Source: Rhizobiaceae bacterium
Lineage (GTDB): Bacteria; Pseudomonadota; Alphaproteobacteria; Rhizobiales; Rhizobiaceae
Length of the DNA stretch: 64,000 nt
Assembly (NCBI GenBank): GCA_017640615.1
Contig: JAEPQK010000007.1
Span: forward strand, 104,407-168,406
Direction: 5' to 3'
The translations under genes and the position numbers were made by a program. Below, in pieces: positions 1 through 9,402 of this stretch. The notes beneath the pieces were generated by a model. It was not told the origin of the DNA, made no database searches, and saw only the letters and a list, made by a program, of their open reading frames with translations. The stretch's first letter is position 1. Every line of letters begins with the position of its first letter.

Positions 1-605
1 ATGCAGAGCGGCAGCATCTCGCGCTCCTCTTCCCGATAGATAAGGTTGTAGTGCGGTTGCATGGAAACGAAGCGAGCCCAGCCGTTTGCGCGTTGCAGAC
101 CGAGGGCCTTCATGAACTGCCAGGCGAACATGGAGGAGGCGCCGAGATAACGCACCTTGCCCGAACGCACGACATCGTTAAGCGCCTCAAGCGTCTCTTC
201 CAACGGCGTTTCGTAGTCGAAGCGATGCAACTGCAACAGGTCGATATGATCGGTGCCGAGCCTGCGCAGGCTACCCTCCACACTGTCGAAGACGTGCTTG
301 CGCGAAAGACCGCGATCATTGGGGTCGTCGCTCATCGGATTATAAAGTTTGGTAGCGATTACAAGCTTGTGACGCGGCTGAAGAGGCATCAGTCTGTCGC
401 GCAATATCTCTTCGCTTACGCCGCGCGAGTACATGTCGGCGGTGTCGAAGAGGTTGATACCGCGCTCAACGGCCGCTTCGATGATCGGAGCCGATGCATC
501 GGCGTCGAGCACCCATGACGCCCATTCGGGTGAACCGAATGTCATACACCCGAGGCCGATCCTGGACACTTTGAGCCCGGTTCTGCCCAACGACACATAT
601 TCCAT
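1..605 (-). CDS. Aldo/keto reductase, N-terminal part; runs off the window edge
   Basis: Read manually on the minus strand: SD-like GGAGA, then ATG at 605 giving MEYVSLGRTGLKVSRIGLGCMTFGSPEW, a typical AKR N-terminus. Missing from the ORF track because its stop lies outside the window. Confidence 0.9.
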   Translation of the reverse strand, partial: MEYVSLGRTGLKVSRIGLGCMTFGSPEWASWVLDADASAPIIEAAVERGINLFDTADMYSRGVSEEILRDRLMPLQPRHKLVIATKLYNPMSDDPNDRGLSRKHVFDSVEGSLRRLGTDHIDLLQLHRFDYETPLEETLEALNDVVRSGKVRYLGASSMFAWQFMKALGLQRANGWARFVSMQPHYNLIYREEEREMLPLC

Positions 606-737
606 CTTTCCGATTCTCCGCTGTTTGGCGCTCTGCAGCCCAATCCGAGCCGCTGCACGACCATAAATCACATAGTGTCACGTTTTGTTAGCACACGAGT
701 GCACAATTTTTCGCTTGTGTTGTCGTGAGAATCCTAA

Positions 738-754
738 TTACACTCAAAGTGTGA
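738..754. promoter_or_regulatory. Imperfect palindrome TTACACT-caa-AGTGTGA overlapping the probable GntR start; candidate operator
   Basis: 6/7 inverted repeat in the AT-rich divergent intergenic region. Confidence 0.35.
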
Positions 755-1788
755 CAAACGAACATAACACTTTCGCTTTCGATCTCAACGCCGGCTGCAT
801 CGACAAATCGCTGCCGGTACCGGTGGGCCGCCAGCTTTACGGACTGCTGAGCTATCAGCTTTCGCATGGCGATCTGCGGAAGGGCACACGGCTCCCGTCG
901 GTGCGCCAGCTGGCGCGCTCGCTAGGCATAGCGCAGGCGACGGTTGCGCAGGTCTACAAGGATCTGCGCGATGCCGGGCTACTGGAGATGCGCCATGGCG
1001 CGGGCGCGTTCACCCGTCTCGCAATGCCCACGGACACCGACCTTTCGTCGGGAGACCTGCGTGCCGACATAGCGCGGCTGCTCAACCGGGCCGAACATGC
1101 CGGCATCCCGCCGCTGGCGCTCGTTGGAATGGTCAATGCGCAGGCGCAGCTACGCCAGGGTGCGCCTGGTCTGAACATTGTCTTCGTTGCCATCTTCGAA
1201 GGTCCGGGCCGCGCCTATGTGGATGCGATCATGCCGCATCTCCTGTCTGCTGACCGGGTGACGCTCTTGACCACCTCGGCCCTCACCGAGGACCCGAAGG
1301 CCCGTGCGACCTGTGAAGCAGCCGATCTTGTGCTGACATTCGTTCACCGCACTGCCGAAGTTTCCGCGCTCGTCCCGACAGCGAATGTGATGGGTCTGCG
1401 CTTCATTCCATCCGATGCGACGCGGCAGGCTCTTGCGGCCCTGGACCCGCGTAGCCGGGTCGCGGCCATCACGCATCTTGAAGACTACATCGCCATCATG
1501 CGTCCGAGTGTGCAACGCTTCGCGCCACATATCAGCGATGTCGCCGTTTCGTGGTCGCATGCACCGGACCTGAAGGCGACGATCGCCCGCTCGGACGCCG
1601 TGATCTACGCCACAGGCGCCGACCACGTGGCCGCCATGGTGCGGCCCGGCACCACCTGTTTTGAGTATCGCCACATGCCCGACCCTGCTGGACTCGAGGC
1701 GGATCTGGAACCGCGCCTCGCAGAACTTCGTGCAGGTCGTCGGCTGCGTGTGGTCGAGGGCGGTCTAACGAAGAGCGCCGACATTTGA
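751..1788 (+). CDS. GntR-family transcriptional regulator with a large C-terminal effector domain
   Basis: wHTH GTRLPSVRQLARSLGIAQATVAQVYKDL...GAGAF. In-frame GTG at 751 chosen; the ORF extends to 685. Confidence 0.85.
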   Translation: MTNEHNTFAFDLNAGCIDKSLPVPVGRQLYGLLSYQLSHGDLRKGTRLPSVRQLARSLGIAQATVAQVYKDLRDAGLLEMRHGAGAFTRLAMPTDTDLSSGDLRADIARLLNRAEHAGIPPLALVGMVNAQAQLRQGAPGLNIVFVAIFEGPGRAYVDAIMPHLLSADRVTLLTTSALTEDPKARATCEAADLVLTFVHRTAEVSALVPTANVMGLRFIPSDATRQALAALDPRSRVAAITHLEDYIAIMRPSVQRFAPHISDVAVSWSHAPDLKATIARSDAVIYATGADHVAAMVRPGTTCFEYRHMPDPAGLEADLEPRLAELRAGRRLRVVEGGLTKSADI

Positions 1789-1823
1789 ACCGAGCGACAT
1801 AACGAAAACAGGGAGAAACCGAC

Positions 1824-3338
1824 ATGCTCAGATTCAGACTACTCGCAGCAACCGCCGCGCTTGCTCTCGCAACCGGCATCGCAGGGGCTCAGGAACTCGT
1901 CATCGGTGCCGATGTCGATGCCGGCACGCTCGATCCGCGGCTTGCCCGCGATACGACGGCCTACCGGTCCGTAAATCTCATCTATTCCGGTCTCGTGCAT
2001 TTGACGCCCGAGCTGGAGCCGGTGCCCGACCTGGCAGAAAGCTGGGAAAGCCCGGACCCGAAGACGATCGTATTCACGCTCCGCGAAGGCCTCAAATTCT
2101 CTGATGGCTCCGCGCTCACCGCCGAGGATGTCGTCTTCACTTTCGAGACCATACTGAACCCGGATTTCAGTGCCCCGCAGCGCGGTCTATTCACGCCGAT
2201 TGAAAGCGTGGAGGCGGTCGATGAGCGCACCGTGCGCTTCAATCTCGCTTCGCCCTATGCGCCGCTGCTCAGCTATCTCGACATGGGCATCGTGCCCTCG
2301 GACTACGATGGCGATCTCTCCACCGATCCGGTCGGCGCTGGCCCGATGGTTCTGAGCAACTGGAACCGAGGCTCCGAGATCGTCTTGTCGGCGTCCGACA
2401 GCTACTGGGCGGGTGCTCCTGAGGTCAAAGAGCTGACTTTGCGCATCGTGGGCGACAACGCCGCACGGGCACAAGCCTTCGAAGCGGGTGACCTCGATGT
2501 CATTCAGTCCCCGCTATCGCCGGGCGACATCAAGCGGCTGGCGGCAGACGACAGCTACAATTCAAACCTGTCGGCCGGCCTTGGTGTGACCTATCTCAAC
2601 ATGAACACCAACAACCCGTTGCTGGCCGATCCGGCCACGCGGCGCGCCTTTGCAATGCTGGTCGATCAGTCGACGATCGTGGACGCGATCTATGAAGGCG
2701 TCGATGAGGTTGCGAACTCGATTATTCTGCCGTCTTCATGGGCTTACGACGCCTCGATCGCGCAGCCGACCTTCGACCCTGAAGGCGCAAAAGCCGCCTT
2801 CGCAGAGCTCGGCTGGAGCGACAGCGATGGCGATGGCGTGCTCGACCGTGACGGTCAGAAGCTGTCGGTTACGCTGGCCACTCACAGCGAAGATCCGAAC
2901 CGCATCCAGGCAGTCGAATTTCTGCAGGCTACTATGCAGCAGGCGGGCATCGACGCCCAGGTTCAGATATCGGACTGGCCATCCTTCTCGACCGGATACG
3001 TCCAGAAGGGCGAGCATGAAATCGCGCTTCTCGGTTGGCTCAACATCGTCGATCCCGATCGGCTGACCTACAACCAGCTCACTACGGGTGCCGGCCTCAA
3101 CTGGGGCGGTTATTCGAACGAGGAGGTCGACAAGCTGCTTGAGGAGGGCCGCACCGCGCTCGATCAGGAAGCGCGCAAGGCCGCATATCAGAAGGCGGCG
3201 GCGATCATCGCTGAGGAGGTGCCGTATTACATCATCTCCTATCAGGGCTATCACCTGTTCTACAAAAAGGACATGCCTGCAGATGTGACGGCCAACCCGC
3301 GCGGAACGTTCCGCGGCATGATCGGCATGCCCGGATAA
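1824..3338 (+). CDS. Peptide/nickel ABC transporter substrate-binding protein (family 5)
   Basis: Signal peptide; PDLAESW, FTLREGLKFSDGS, PVGAGP motifs; SD GGGAG upstream. Confidence 0.95.
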   Translation: MLRFRLLAATAALALATGIAGAQELVIGADVDAGTLDPRLARDTTAYRSVNLIYSGLVHLTPELEPVPDLAESWESPDPKTIVFTLREGLKFSDGSALTAEDVVFTFETILNPDFSAPQRGLFTPIESVEAVDERTVRFNLASPYAPLLSYLDMGIVPSDYDGDLSTDPVGAGPMVLSNWNRGSEIVLSASDSYWAGAPEVKELTLRIVGDNAARAQAFEAGDLDVIQSPLSPGDIKRLAADDSYNSNLSAGLGVTYLNMNTNNPLLADPATRRAFAMLVDQSTIVDAIYEGVDEVANSIILPSSWAYDASIAQPTFDPEGAKAAFAELGWSDSDGDGVLDRDGQKLSVTLATHSEDPNRIQAVEFLQATMQQAGIDAQVQISDWPSFSTGYVQKGEHEIALLGWLNIVDPDRLTYNQLTTGAGLNWGGYSNEEVDKLLEEGRTALDQEARKAAYQKAAAIIAEEVPYYIISYQGYHLFYKKDMPADVTANPRGTFRGMIGMPG

Positions 3339-3351
3339 CAGGCTCCGAAAT

Positions 3352-3387
3352 CTCATGCGGCGCGCGCTTCCTAGCGCGCCGCATGAG
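3352..3387 (+). terminator. Intercistronic 14-bp stem-loop after the SBP gene (mRNA stabiliser or partial terminator)
   Basis: CTCATGCGGCGCGC ... GCGCGCCGCATGAG perfect inverted repeat. Confidence 0.7.
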
Positions 3388-3413
3388 CCAACCTTTCCGA
3401 ACCCGGTAGAGTC

Positions 3414-4394
3414 ATGACCGCCTACGTGATCCGACGGCTGCTGCTTTTCGTGCCGATGGCAATCGGCATCGTCGTCGTAACCTTCTGCCTATTGCTGCTG
3501 ATCCCGGGCGACCCCGCTGCGGTGCTGCTTGGGCAAGAAGCAACGCCGGAGGCAATCGCCACATTGCGGCGGACGCTGGGCCTGGATCAGCCGGCTTATA
3601 TTCAGCTCTTCATCTATTTCGGAAATATCCTGCAAGGCGACCTCGGCCAGTCGATCTTCCAGAATGCACCGGTGTCGGAAATCATCCTTGGCCGCATCGG
3701 CGCGACGCTGGAACTGGCCATTGTTGCACTCACAATGTCAGCCGCTATCGGCATTACGCTGGGCGTGATTGCCGCCATGCGTCCGGGCGGTATCGTCGAT
3801 GCCTCGGCAATGCTGCTCGCGCAGCTCGGCATCTCCATGCCGGTCTATTGGCTGGCGCTCCTCCTGATGCTGGCTTTCGCTGTGATGCTCGGCTGGCTAC
3901 CGGCAATCGGACGCGGGGAGCCGCTCGTGTCGGCATTCGGCATGGCCTTGGCCGGCAACCCGGCGCCATTGCTTGATTCACTGTCTCACATCGCGCTGCC
4001 TGCGGCCTCGCTGGCTGTCAATTCCGCGGCGATCATTTCGAGGCTCGTACGCGCTTCCATGCTGGAAGTGCTGAACGAGGACTTTGTCCGCACCGCGCGC
4101 GCAAAAGGTGTCCGCCGCAGGCAAGTGATCTGGAACCATGCTCTGCGCAACGCTTTGTTGCCGGTGATCTCAGTGATCGGCCTGCGGTTTGGCGCTTTGC
4201 TGGGCGGTGCAATTCTGACCGAAACAATCTTCGCGTGGCCTGGCCTCGGTCAGCTGACGATTGCGGCTATTTCGCAGCGCGACCTGCCGCTCATCCAAGG
4301 CATCGTGCTGACCTTCGCGATGATCTTCGCCACAGTGACGCTCATCGTCGATCTTCTCTACGCGGTTGTCGATCCGCGAATTCGCCTCAAATGA
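3414..4394 (+). CDS. Peptide ABC permease, DppB/OppB-like
   Basis: IPGDPA, GDLGQS and EDFVRTARAKG (EAA-type) motifs. Confidence 0.95.
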   Translation: MTAYVIRRLLLFVPMAIGIVVVTFCLLLLIPGDPAAVLLGQEATPEAIATLRRTLGLDQPAYIQLFIYFGNILQGDLGQSIFQNAPVSEIILGRIGATLELAIVALTMSAAIGITLGVIAAMRPGGIVDASAMLLAQLGISMPVYWLALLLMLAFAVMLGWLPAIGRGEPLVSAFGMALAGNPAPLLDSLSHIALPAASLAVNSAAIISRLVRASMLEVLNEDFVRTARAKGVRRRQVIWNHALRNALLPVISVIGLRFGALLGGAILTETIFAWPGLGQLTIAAISQRDLPLIQGIVLTFAMIFATVTLIVDLLYAVVDPRIRLK

Positions 4395-5263
4395 GTACCG
4401 GCATGGCAGATACACAGTTGCGCGCACGGCGTTTCAGGCTGCCTAAGAGGCTGCGCAATGCAGCGCTACTGATTGGCGCGGCGATCTCCTCAACAATCAT
4501 CCTGCTGGCGATTTTTGCACCGTTCCTGGCAACGCACGATCTCGCCGCAATGGATATGGTCAACCGCTTCAGCGGCCCCTCCTTCGAGCACTTGCTCGGC
4601 ACAGACAATTTCGGCCGCGACATATGGAGCCGGCTGATCTACGGAGCGCGCATCTCTCTTACGATCGCGATCATTGCCGTTACCTGCTCGGCGATAATCG
4701 GCACGATTGTCGGCCTTGTGTCGGGCTATTTCGGCGGCTGGATCGATCTGCTGCTGATGCGGCTGACGGACATCTTCCTGGGTTTCCCGCCACTGCTGCT
4801 GGTGCTTGCAGTTGTGGCCGTGTTGGGCCCCGGCCTGTTTAACGTTGCAGCATCGCTCGTCGTCGTTTCGTGGACGGAGTATGCGCGCGTGGTGCGCAGC
4901 ACCACGCTTTCTCTGCGAGAACAGAACTATGTACAGGCCGCCCGCGCGCTCGGCGCATCGCCGTGGCGCATCCTGTTGCGCGAGATACTGCCGAACTCTC
5001 TGGGTCCGATCACCGTGCTGGCCTCTCTGGGTCTGGGAACCGCTATCGTTTGGGAAAGCGCGCTGAGCTTCCTCGGTTTCGGGTTGCCGCCGCCTGCCCC
5101 GACCTGGGGCTGGTCGCTAAGTTACGGCACCCGCTTCATTCGCGACGAGCCTTGGCTGTCCGTCGTCTCTGGCGCGGCAATCATGATCACCGTGCTCGGT
5201 TTCAATCTGTTGGGTGACGGGCTCCGCGACGTGCTCGACCCTCGTCACAAAACCCGGGGCTAG
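4391..5263 (+). CDS. Peptide ABC permease, DppC/OppC-like
   Basis: HLLGTDNFGRDIWSRLIYGARISL; YVQAARALGA; ATGA overlap with the upstream gene fixes the start at 4391. Confidence 0.95.
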   Translation: MSTGMADTQLRARRFRLPKRLRNAALLIGAAISSTIILLAIFAPFLATHDLAAMDMVNRFSGPSFEHLLGTDNFGRDIWSRLIYGARISLTIAIIAVTCSAIIGTIVGLVSGYFGGWIDLLLMRLTDIFLGFPPLLLVLAVVAVLGPGLFNVAASLVVVSWTEYARVVRSTTLSLREQNYVQAARALGASPWRILLREILPNSLGPITVLASLGLGTAIVWESALSFLGFGLPPPAPTWGWSLSYGTRFIRDEPWLSVVSGAAIMITVLGFNLLGDGLRDVLDPRHKTRG

Positions 5264-5284
5264 CGCCCCCAAAAGGAGAAAAAG

Positions 5285-6226
5285 ATGGTCAAGACGATCA
5301 ACCGGCACAGCCCCAAGATCACGACACTCGCGGACGGAACCGACGCGCTGCTGCACATGACCGACCTGGTGGGTGAGGAAGATGGGCCGCTGATCGGCAT
5401 CTCGGCCTCGATCCACGGCAATGAAAACTGCGGTAGTCAGGCCATTCTCGACCTTTATCGCCGGCTGAAGGATATGCGGCTGCGCGGTACGATACGCCTG
5501 CTGCCCGTGGTCAACGCGCGAGCCATGGTCGTCAATGCCAGGTTCTCGCCTATCGATCAGCGCGACCTCAACCGCGAGTTTCCGGGCGATCCTGCAGGCA
5601 CCTTCTCTCAGCAACTCGCCGCTGCGCTAACGCGGGAGTTCCTTGGCAAAATCGATATGCATATCGACCTGCATTCTGGAACGGATCGGCCGACCGTCGA
5701 CTACGTCTATCTGCTCAACGACGAGGGGTTGAGCCGCGCCTTCGGTTCGAAAATCCTCTACCGACCGGACGATACCAAGCAAGGCACGAAATTCTCCGGC
5801 ACGACGAAGGATGTAACGGTCGAGCGCGGTGTCCCCGCCGCGGTGATCGAACTTGGCGGCGGCATCGTCGATCAGGGACCCTATATCGAGCGGATCGTTG
5901 AGGGCGTGCTCAACATGCTGCGCCATGCTGGCGCTATCGACGAGGAAGCCACGCCGCCACCGGCGCAGATCGTGGTCAACGAGATCGCTGGCATACGGCC
6001 TACCAAGGGCGGCTGGATCGAACCGCTTTCGCCGCCGCTCGGTGACGAACTCGCGCCACATCAGCCGCTCTTCCGTGTCGTGAGCCCATACAATTTCGAG
6101 GTTCTGGAAGAAGCGAAGAGCCCGTTCGAACGCGGCATCATGATCATGGGTCATCTCACTCGCAACATTGTGGAAGCCGGTGACTATGGCTGGATGGTCG
6201 GCAATCTGGACGGTGCCACTTCATGA
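5285..6226 (+). CDS. Succinylglutamate desuccinylase/aspartoacylase-family (M14-like) zinc hydrolase
   Basis: IHGNE, DLNREFPGD, IDLHSG and IELGG motifs. Confidence 0.9.
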   Translation: MVKTINRHSPKITTLADGTDALLHMTDLVGEEDGPLIGISASIHGNENCGSQAILDLYRRLKDMRLRGTIRLLPVVNARAMVVNARFSPIDQRDLNREFPGDPAGTFSQQLAAALTREFLGKIDMHIDLHSGTDRPTVDYVYLLNDEGLSRAFGSKILYRPDDTKQGTKFSGTTKDVTVERGVPAAVIELGGGIVDQGPYIERIVEGVLNMLRHAGAIDEEATPPPAQIVVNEIAGIRPTKGGWIEPLSPPLGDELAPHQPLFRVVSPYNFEVLEEAKSPFERGIMIMGHLTRNIVEAGDYGWMVGNLDGATS

Positions 6227-7191
6227 GCCAGGCCGCGCTCACAGTGCGCGATCTGGATGTGCGCATAGCTTCGGCCGATCCACCATTCACGGTGGTGGCC
6301 GACATGTCGCTCGCCGTCTCGCAGGGCGAGACGCTCTGCATCGTCGGCGAAAGCGGCTGCGGGAAATCGATGACTGCGCTGGCGCTGATGCGGCTCTTGC
6401 CTCAAGGGGTCGATGTCGCCCGCGGTTCGGTCGTACTCGGCGATGTCGAGCTGACGGCGCTGTCGGAGCGACAGGCGGAAGACTTCCGCGGCAACCGCAT
6501 CGCGATGATCTTTCAGGAACCCCTCACGGCGCTGAATCCAGTCATGACCATCGGGTCGCAAATCGCCGAAGCCATCGCGCGCCATCGCGGCCTTTCGGGG
6601 CGCGAAGCGTGGTCGGCCGCGGTCGAAGCGTTGCGTCAAACACAGATGCCCGATCCCGAGCGACGCGCCGGCCAGTACCCGCATGAACTCTCGGGCGGCA
6701 TGCGTCAGCGCGCGGTGATCGCGCTCGCCCTTTGTTGCGAGCCGCAGGTGATCGTCGCTGACGAGCCAACAACCGCCCTCGATGTAACGGTTCAAGCACA
6801 GATACTGGGGCTGATCCGGCAGATGCAGGAGCGTCACGGCACTGCTCTTGTGCTGATCACGCACGACCTCGGCGTCGTTGCCGAAACGGCCGACCGCGTA
6901 GTGGTTATGTATGCCGGCCGCTGCGTCGAAGAGGCGTCGGTCGAAGACCTCTTCGATGCGCCCCTGCACCCCTACACGCACGGCCTCATGGGCGCGATCC
7001 CGCGCCGGGGCGCAGAGCATCTGACGGAGATCGGCGGCACCGTTCCGCCACTATGGAAGTTGCCGCAGGGCTGCGCATTTGCGCCGCGTTGCCCCCGTGT
7101 GACCGATCGCTGCAGAGAAGAACGGCCGCCGCTCCTTGAATACCGACCCAACCACCGCGCCGCCTGCTGGAATGTCCACGATGCAGCATGA
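6223..7191 (+). CDS. Peptide ABC ATP-binding protein, DppD-like
   Basis: GESGCGKS, LSGGMRQR, ADEPTTALD; C-terminal GCAFAPRC. Confidence 0.95.
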   Translation: MSQAALTVRDLDVRIASADPPFTVVADMSLAVSQGETLCIVGESGCGKSMTALALMRLLPQGVDVARGSVVLGDVELTALSERQAEDFRGNRIAMIFQEPLTALNPVMTIGSQIAEAIARHRGLSGREAWSAAVEALRQTQMPDPERRAGQYPHELSGGMRQRAVIALALCCEPQVIVADEPTTALDVTVQAQILGLIRQMQERHGTALVLITHDLGVVAETADRVVVMYAGRCVEEASVEDLFDAPLHPYTHGLMGAIPRRGAEHLTEIGGTVPPLWKLPQGCAFAPRCPRVTDRCREERPPLLEYRPNHRAACWNVHDAA

Positions 7192-8155
7192 CGGCTCAGC
7201 CTTGCTTCAGGTCCGCGACCTGAAGGTGCACTTCCCGATTCGGCAGGGCGTGCTGCAGCGGCAGGTGGGGGCTGTGCGCGCCGTAGACGGTGTTGGCTTT
7301 GAGTTAGCCCGTGGCGAGACGCTTGGGCTCGTCGGCGAAAGCGGTTGCGGCAAGTCGACGACGGGCCTCGCTCTCGTCGGCCTCATAGAACCTACCGCGG
7401 GTCAGGTGTTCTGCGAGGGGGTGGACGTCGCGCGTGCGGGACGGGCGGCAGCGCTGCGTTTCAGGCGCCGGCTGCAGATCGTCTTTCAGGACCCGTTTTC
7501 CTCGCTTAACCCGCGCCAGCGCATCCGCACCATCCTGCGCGCCCCGCTCGACATTCACGATGTCGGCGATCCATCAAGCCGCGATGAGCGTGTCATCGCA
7601 ATGATCGAACGCGTTGGGCTGCGCGCCGATCAGGCCGAGCACTTCCCGCATCAGTTTTCCGGCGGCCAACGGCAGCGCATCGGGATTGCGCGGGCGCTGA
7701 TGCTGGAGCCCGATGTGATCGTATGCGACGAGCCTGTGAGCGCACTCGATGTCTCCGTGCAGGCGCAAATTCTGAACCTGCTTGCCGACCTGCGGTCTGA
7801 ACTTGGTGTTTCGTTGCTGTTCATCAGCCATGACCTGGGTGTGGTCGAACATATCGCCGACCGTGTTGCGGTCATGTATCTCGGCAAGATCGTGGAGACG
7901 GGCCCGAGAGACACGATCTTCTCATCCCCCCGACACCCCTATACGGAACTGTTGTTGAACTCCGTACCTTCGCTCGATCCGCGCCGGCGGCACAAGTTCC
8001 AGGCGAGTTCGATCGAAGTGCCGTCTGCGACATCCAAGCCCTCAGGCTGCGCCTTCCGCACCCGTTGCCCTCTCGCAACCGCCGAATGCGCTTCAACGGA
8101 GCCACCGCTTTCGCCTCGCGATGACGGCCGCGCTCTCGCCTGCCACAACCGTTGA
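7172..8155 (+). CDS. Peptide ABC ATP-binding protein, DppF-like
   Basis: GESGCGKS, FSGGQRQR, CDEPVSALD; start at 7172 or 7181. Confidence 0.95.
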   Translation: MSTMQHDGSALLQVRDLKVHFPIRQGVLQRQVGAVRAVDGVGFELARGETLGLVGESGCGKSTTGLALVGLIEPTAGQVFCEGVDVARAGRAAALRFRRRLQIVFQDPFSSLNPRQRIRTILRAPLDIHDVGDPSSRDERVIAMIERVGLRADQAEHFPHQFSGGQRQRIGIARALMLEPDVIVCDEPVSALDVSVQAQILNLLADLRSELGVSLLFISHDLGVVEHIADRVAVMYLGKIVETGPRDTIFSSPRHPYTELLLNSVPSLDPRRRHKFQASSIEVPSATSKPSGCAFRTRCPLATAECASTEPPLSPRDDGRALACHNR

Positions 8156-9402
8156 GTGACCAGATGACCTACGCCCTGACCGGTGCGCGCCTGCTTGACC
8201 CAGCAACCGCCAGCTATCGTGAGAATGTTTCCCTGCTGATAGACGGCGACCGCGTTGCTGACATTGGCGACGGGACACCGGCTCCCGAGGGCGCAACCGC
8301 AATTCCGCTTGCCGGCAAAGTTGTGATGCCCGGACTGATCGACGCGCACGTTCACGTGGTCGCCGAAACGCTGGATCTTTGGTCGAACATGGTTGCGCCG
8401 ACATCGCTGGCCGCTTTGCGTTCCGCACGAGTGATGGAGGACCTGTTGCAGCGCGGCTTCACCACCATCCGCGATCTCGGCGGCGCCGATTATGGCCTGG
8501 TGCGTGGTGTGGACGAAGGACTTATCGCCGGGCCGCGCGTCGTCATATGCGGCAAGGGGCTCTCCACGACAGGCGGGCACGCCGATCTGCGCCCACGCAC
8601 TGACGACCGGCCGGGCATGATGTCCGACCGGCTGGGCAGCATGGGCGTCATTGCAGACGGTGTCGATGAGGTGCGCAGAATTTCCCGGACCTACATCAAG
8701 GAAGGCGCGGGTTTCATCAAGATTATGGCGAATGGCGGAGTGTCATCGCCCAACGATCCCATCCATGCTCTTCAGTTCTCACGCGAGGAGATCAGCGCCG
8801 CGGTCGAGGAAGCCGAAAATGCCGGCCTCTATGTCGCAGCGCATCTTTACACCGACGCGGCAATACGGCGCTGTGTGGAGCTCGGCGTTCACTCACTGGA
8901 ACACTGCAACCTGATCGAACCGGAGACGGCGGACCTGGCGGCCGCGCGGGGCTGCATCGCAGTGCCGACGCTGGTCGCGTATGAGGCATTGGCGCGCGAC
9001 GGGGAAGCGCTCGGCCTCGGCGCGGAGAGCCTGGCCAAGATCGACGTGGTGCGCGAGGCAGGTCGCCGCTCGCTGGACGTGATGCGCACCGCGGGGCTGC
9101 CTATGGCATTCGGCACCGACCTGCTGGGCGAGTTGCGCCGCTATCACAGCCTCGAAATCGACCTGCTCGCGGAAGTTCTGAACCCTTCAGAGATCATTCG
9201 GTCGCTGACGGAGACCGGGGCACAGCTTTGCCACCTCAAAACGGAAGCGGGCTCGCTCGCGCCGGGCAAACTTGCTGACCTCATCGTAGTCGATGGCGAT
9301 CCGCTGTCGGATATCACCCTGCTCGGTGCAGATGGCAAACACATCAAGGCCGTCATGGCGCGGGGCCGGTTCTTCAAGAACGAGATCGGAGGTACATCAT
9401 GA
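8152..9402 (+). CDS. Amidohydrolase-superfamily metallohydrolase (prolidase/carboxypeptidase-like subgroup)
   Basis: PGLIDAHVH, GFTTIRDLGG, IKIMANGG, AAH, SLEH and FGTD metal-binding motifs. Confidence 0.9.
   Translation: MSDQMTYALTGARLLDPATASYRENVSLLIDGDRVADIGDGTPAPEGATAIPLAGKVVMPGLIDAHVHVVAETLDLWSNMVAPTSLAALRSARVMEDLLQRGFTTIRDLGGADYGLVRGVDEGLIAGPRVVICGKGLSTTGGHADLRPRTDDRPGMMSDRLGSMGVIADGVDEVRRISRTYIKEGAGFIKIMANGGVSSPNDPIHALQFSREEISAAVEEAENAGLYVAAHLYTDAAIRRCVELGVHSLEHCNLIEPETADLAAARGCIAVPTLVAYEALARDGEALGLGAESLAKIDVVREAGRRSLDVMRTAGLPMAFGTDLLGELRRYHSLEIDLLAEVLNPSEIIRSLTETGAQLCHLKTEAGSLAPGKLADLIVVDGDPLSDITLLGADGKHIKAVMARGRFFKNEIGGTS

Noticed and set aside
51..518. 155-aa plus-strand ORF
   Set aside because: Antisense shadow of the minus-strand aldo/keto reductase.
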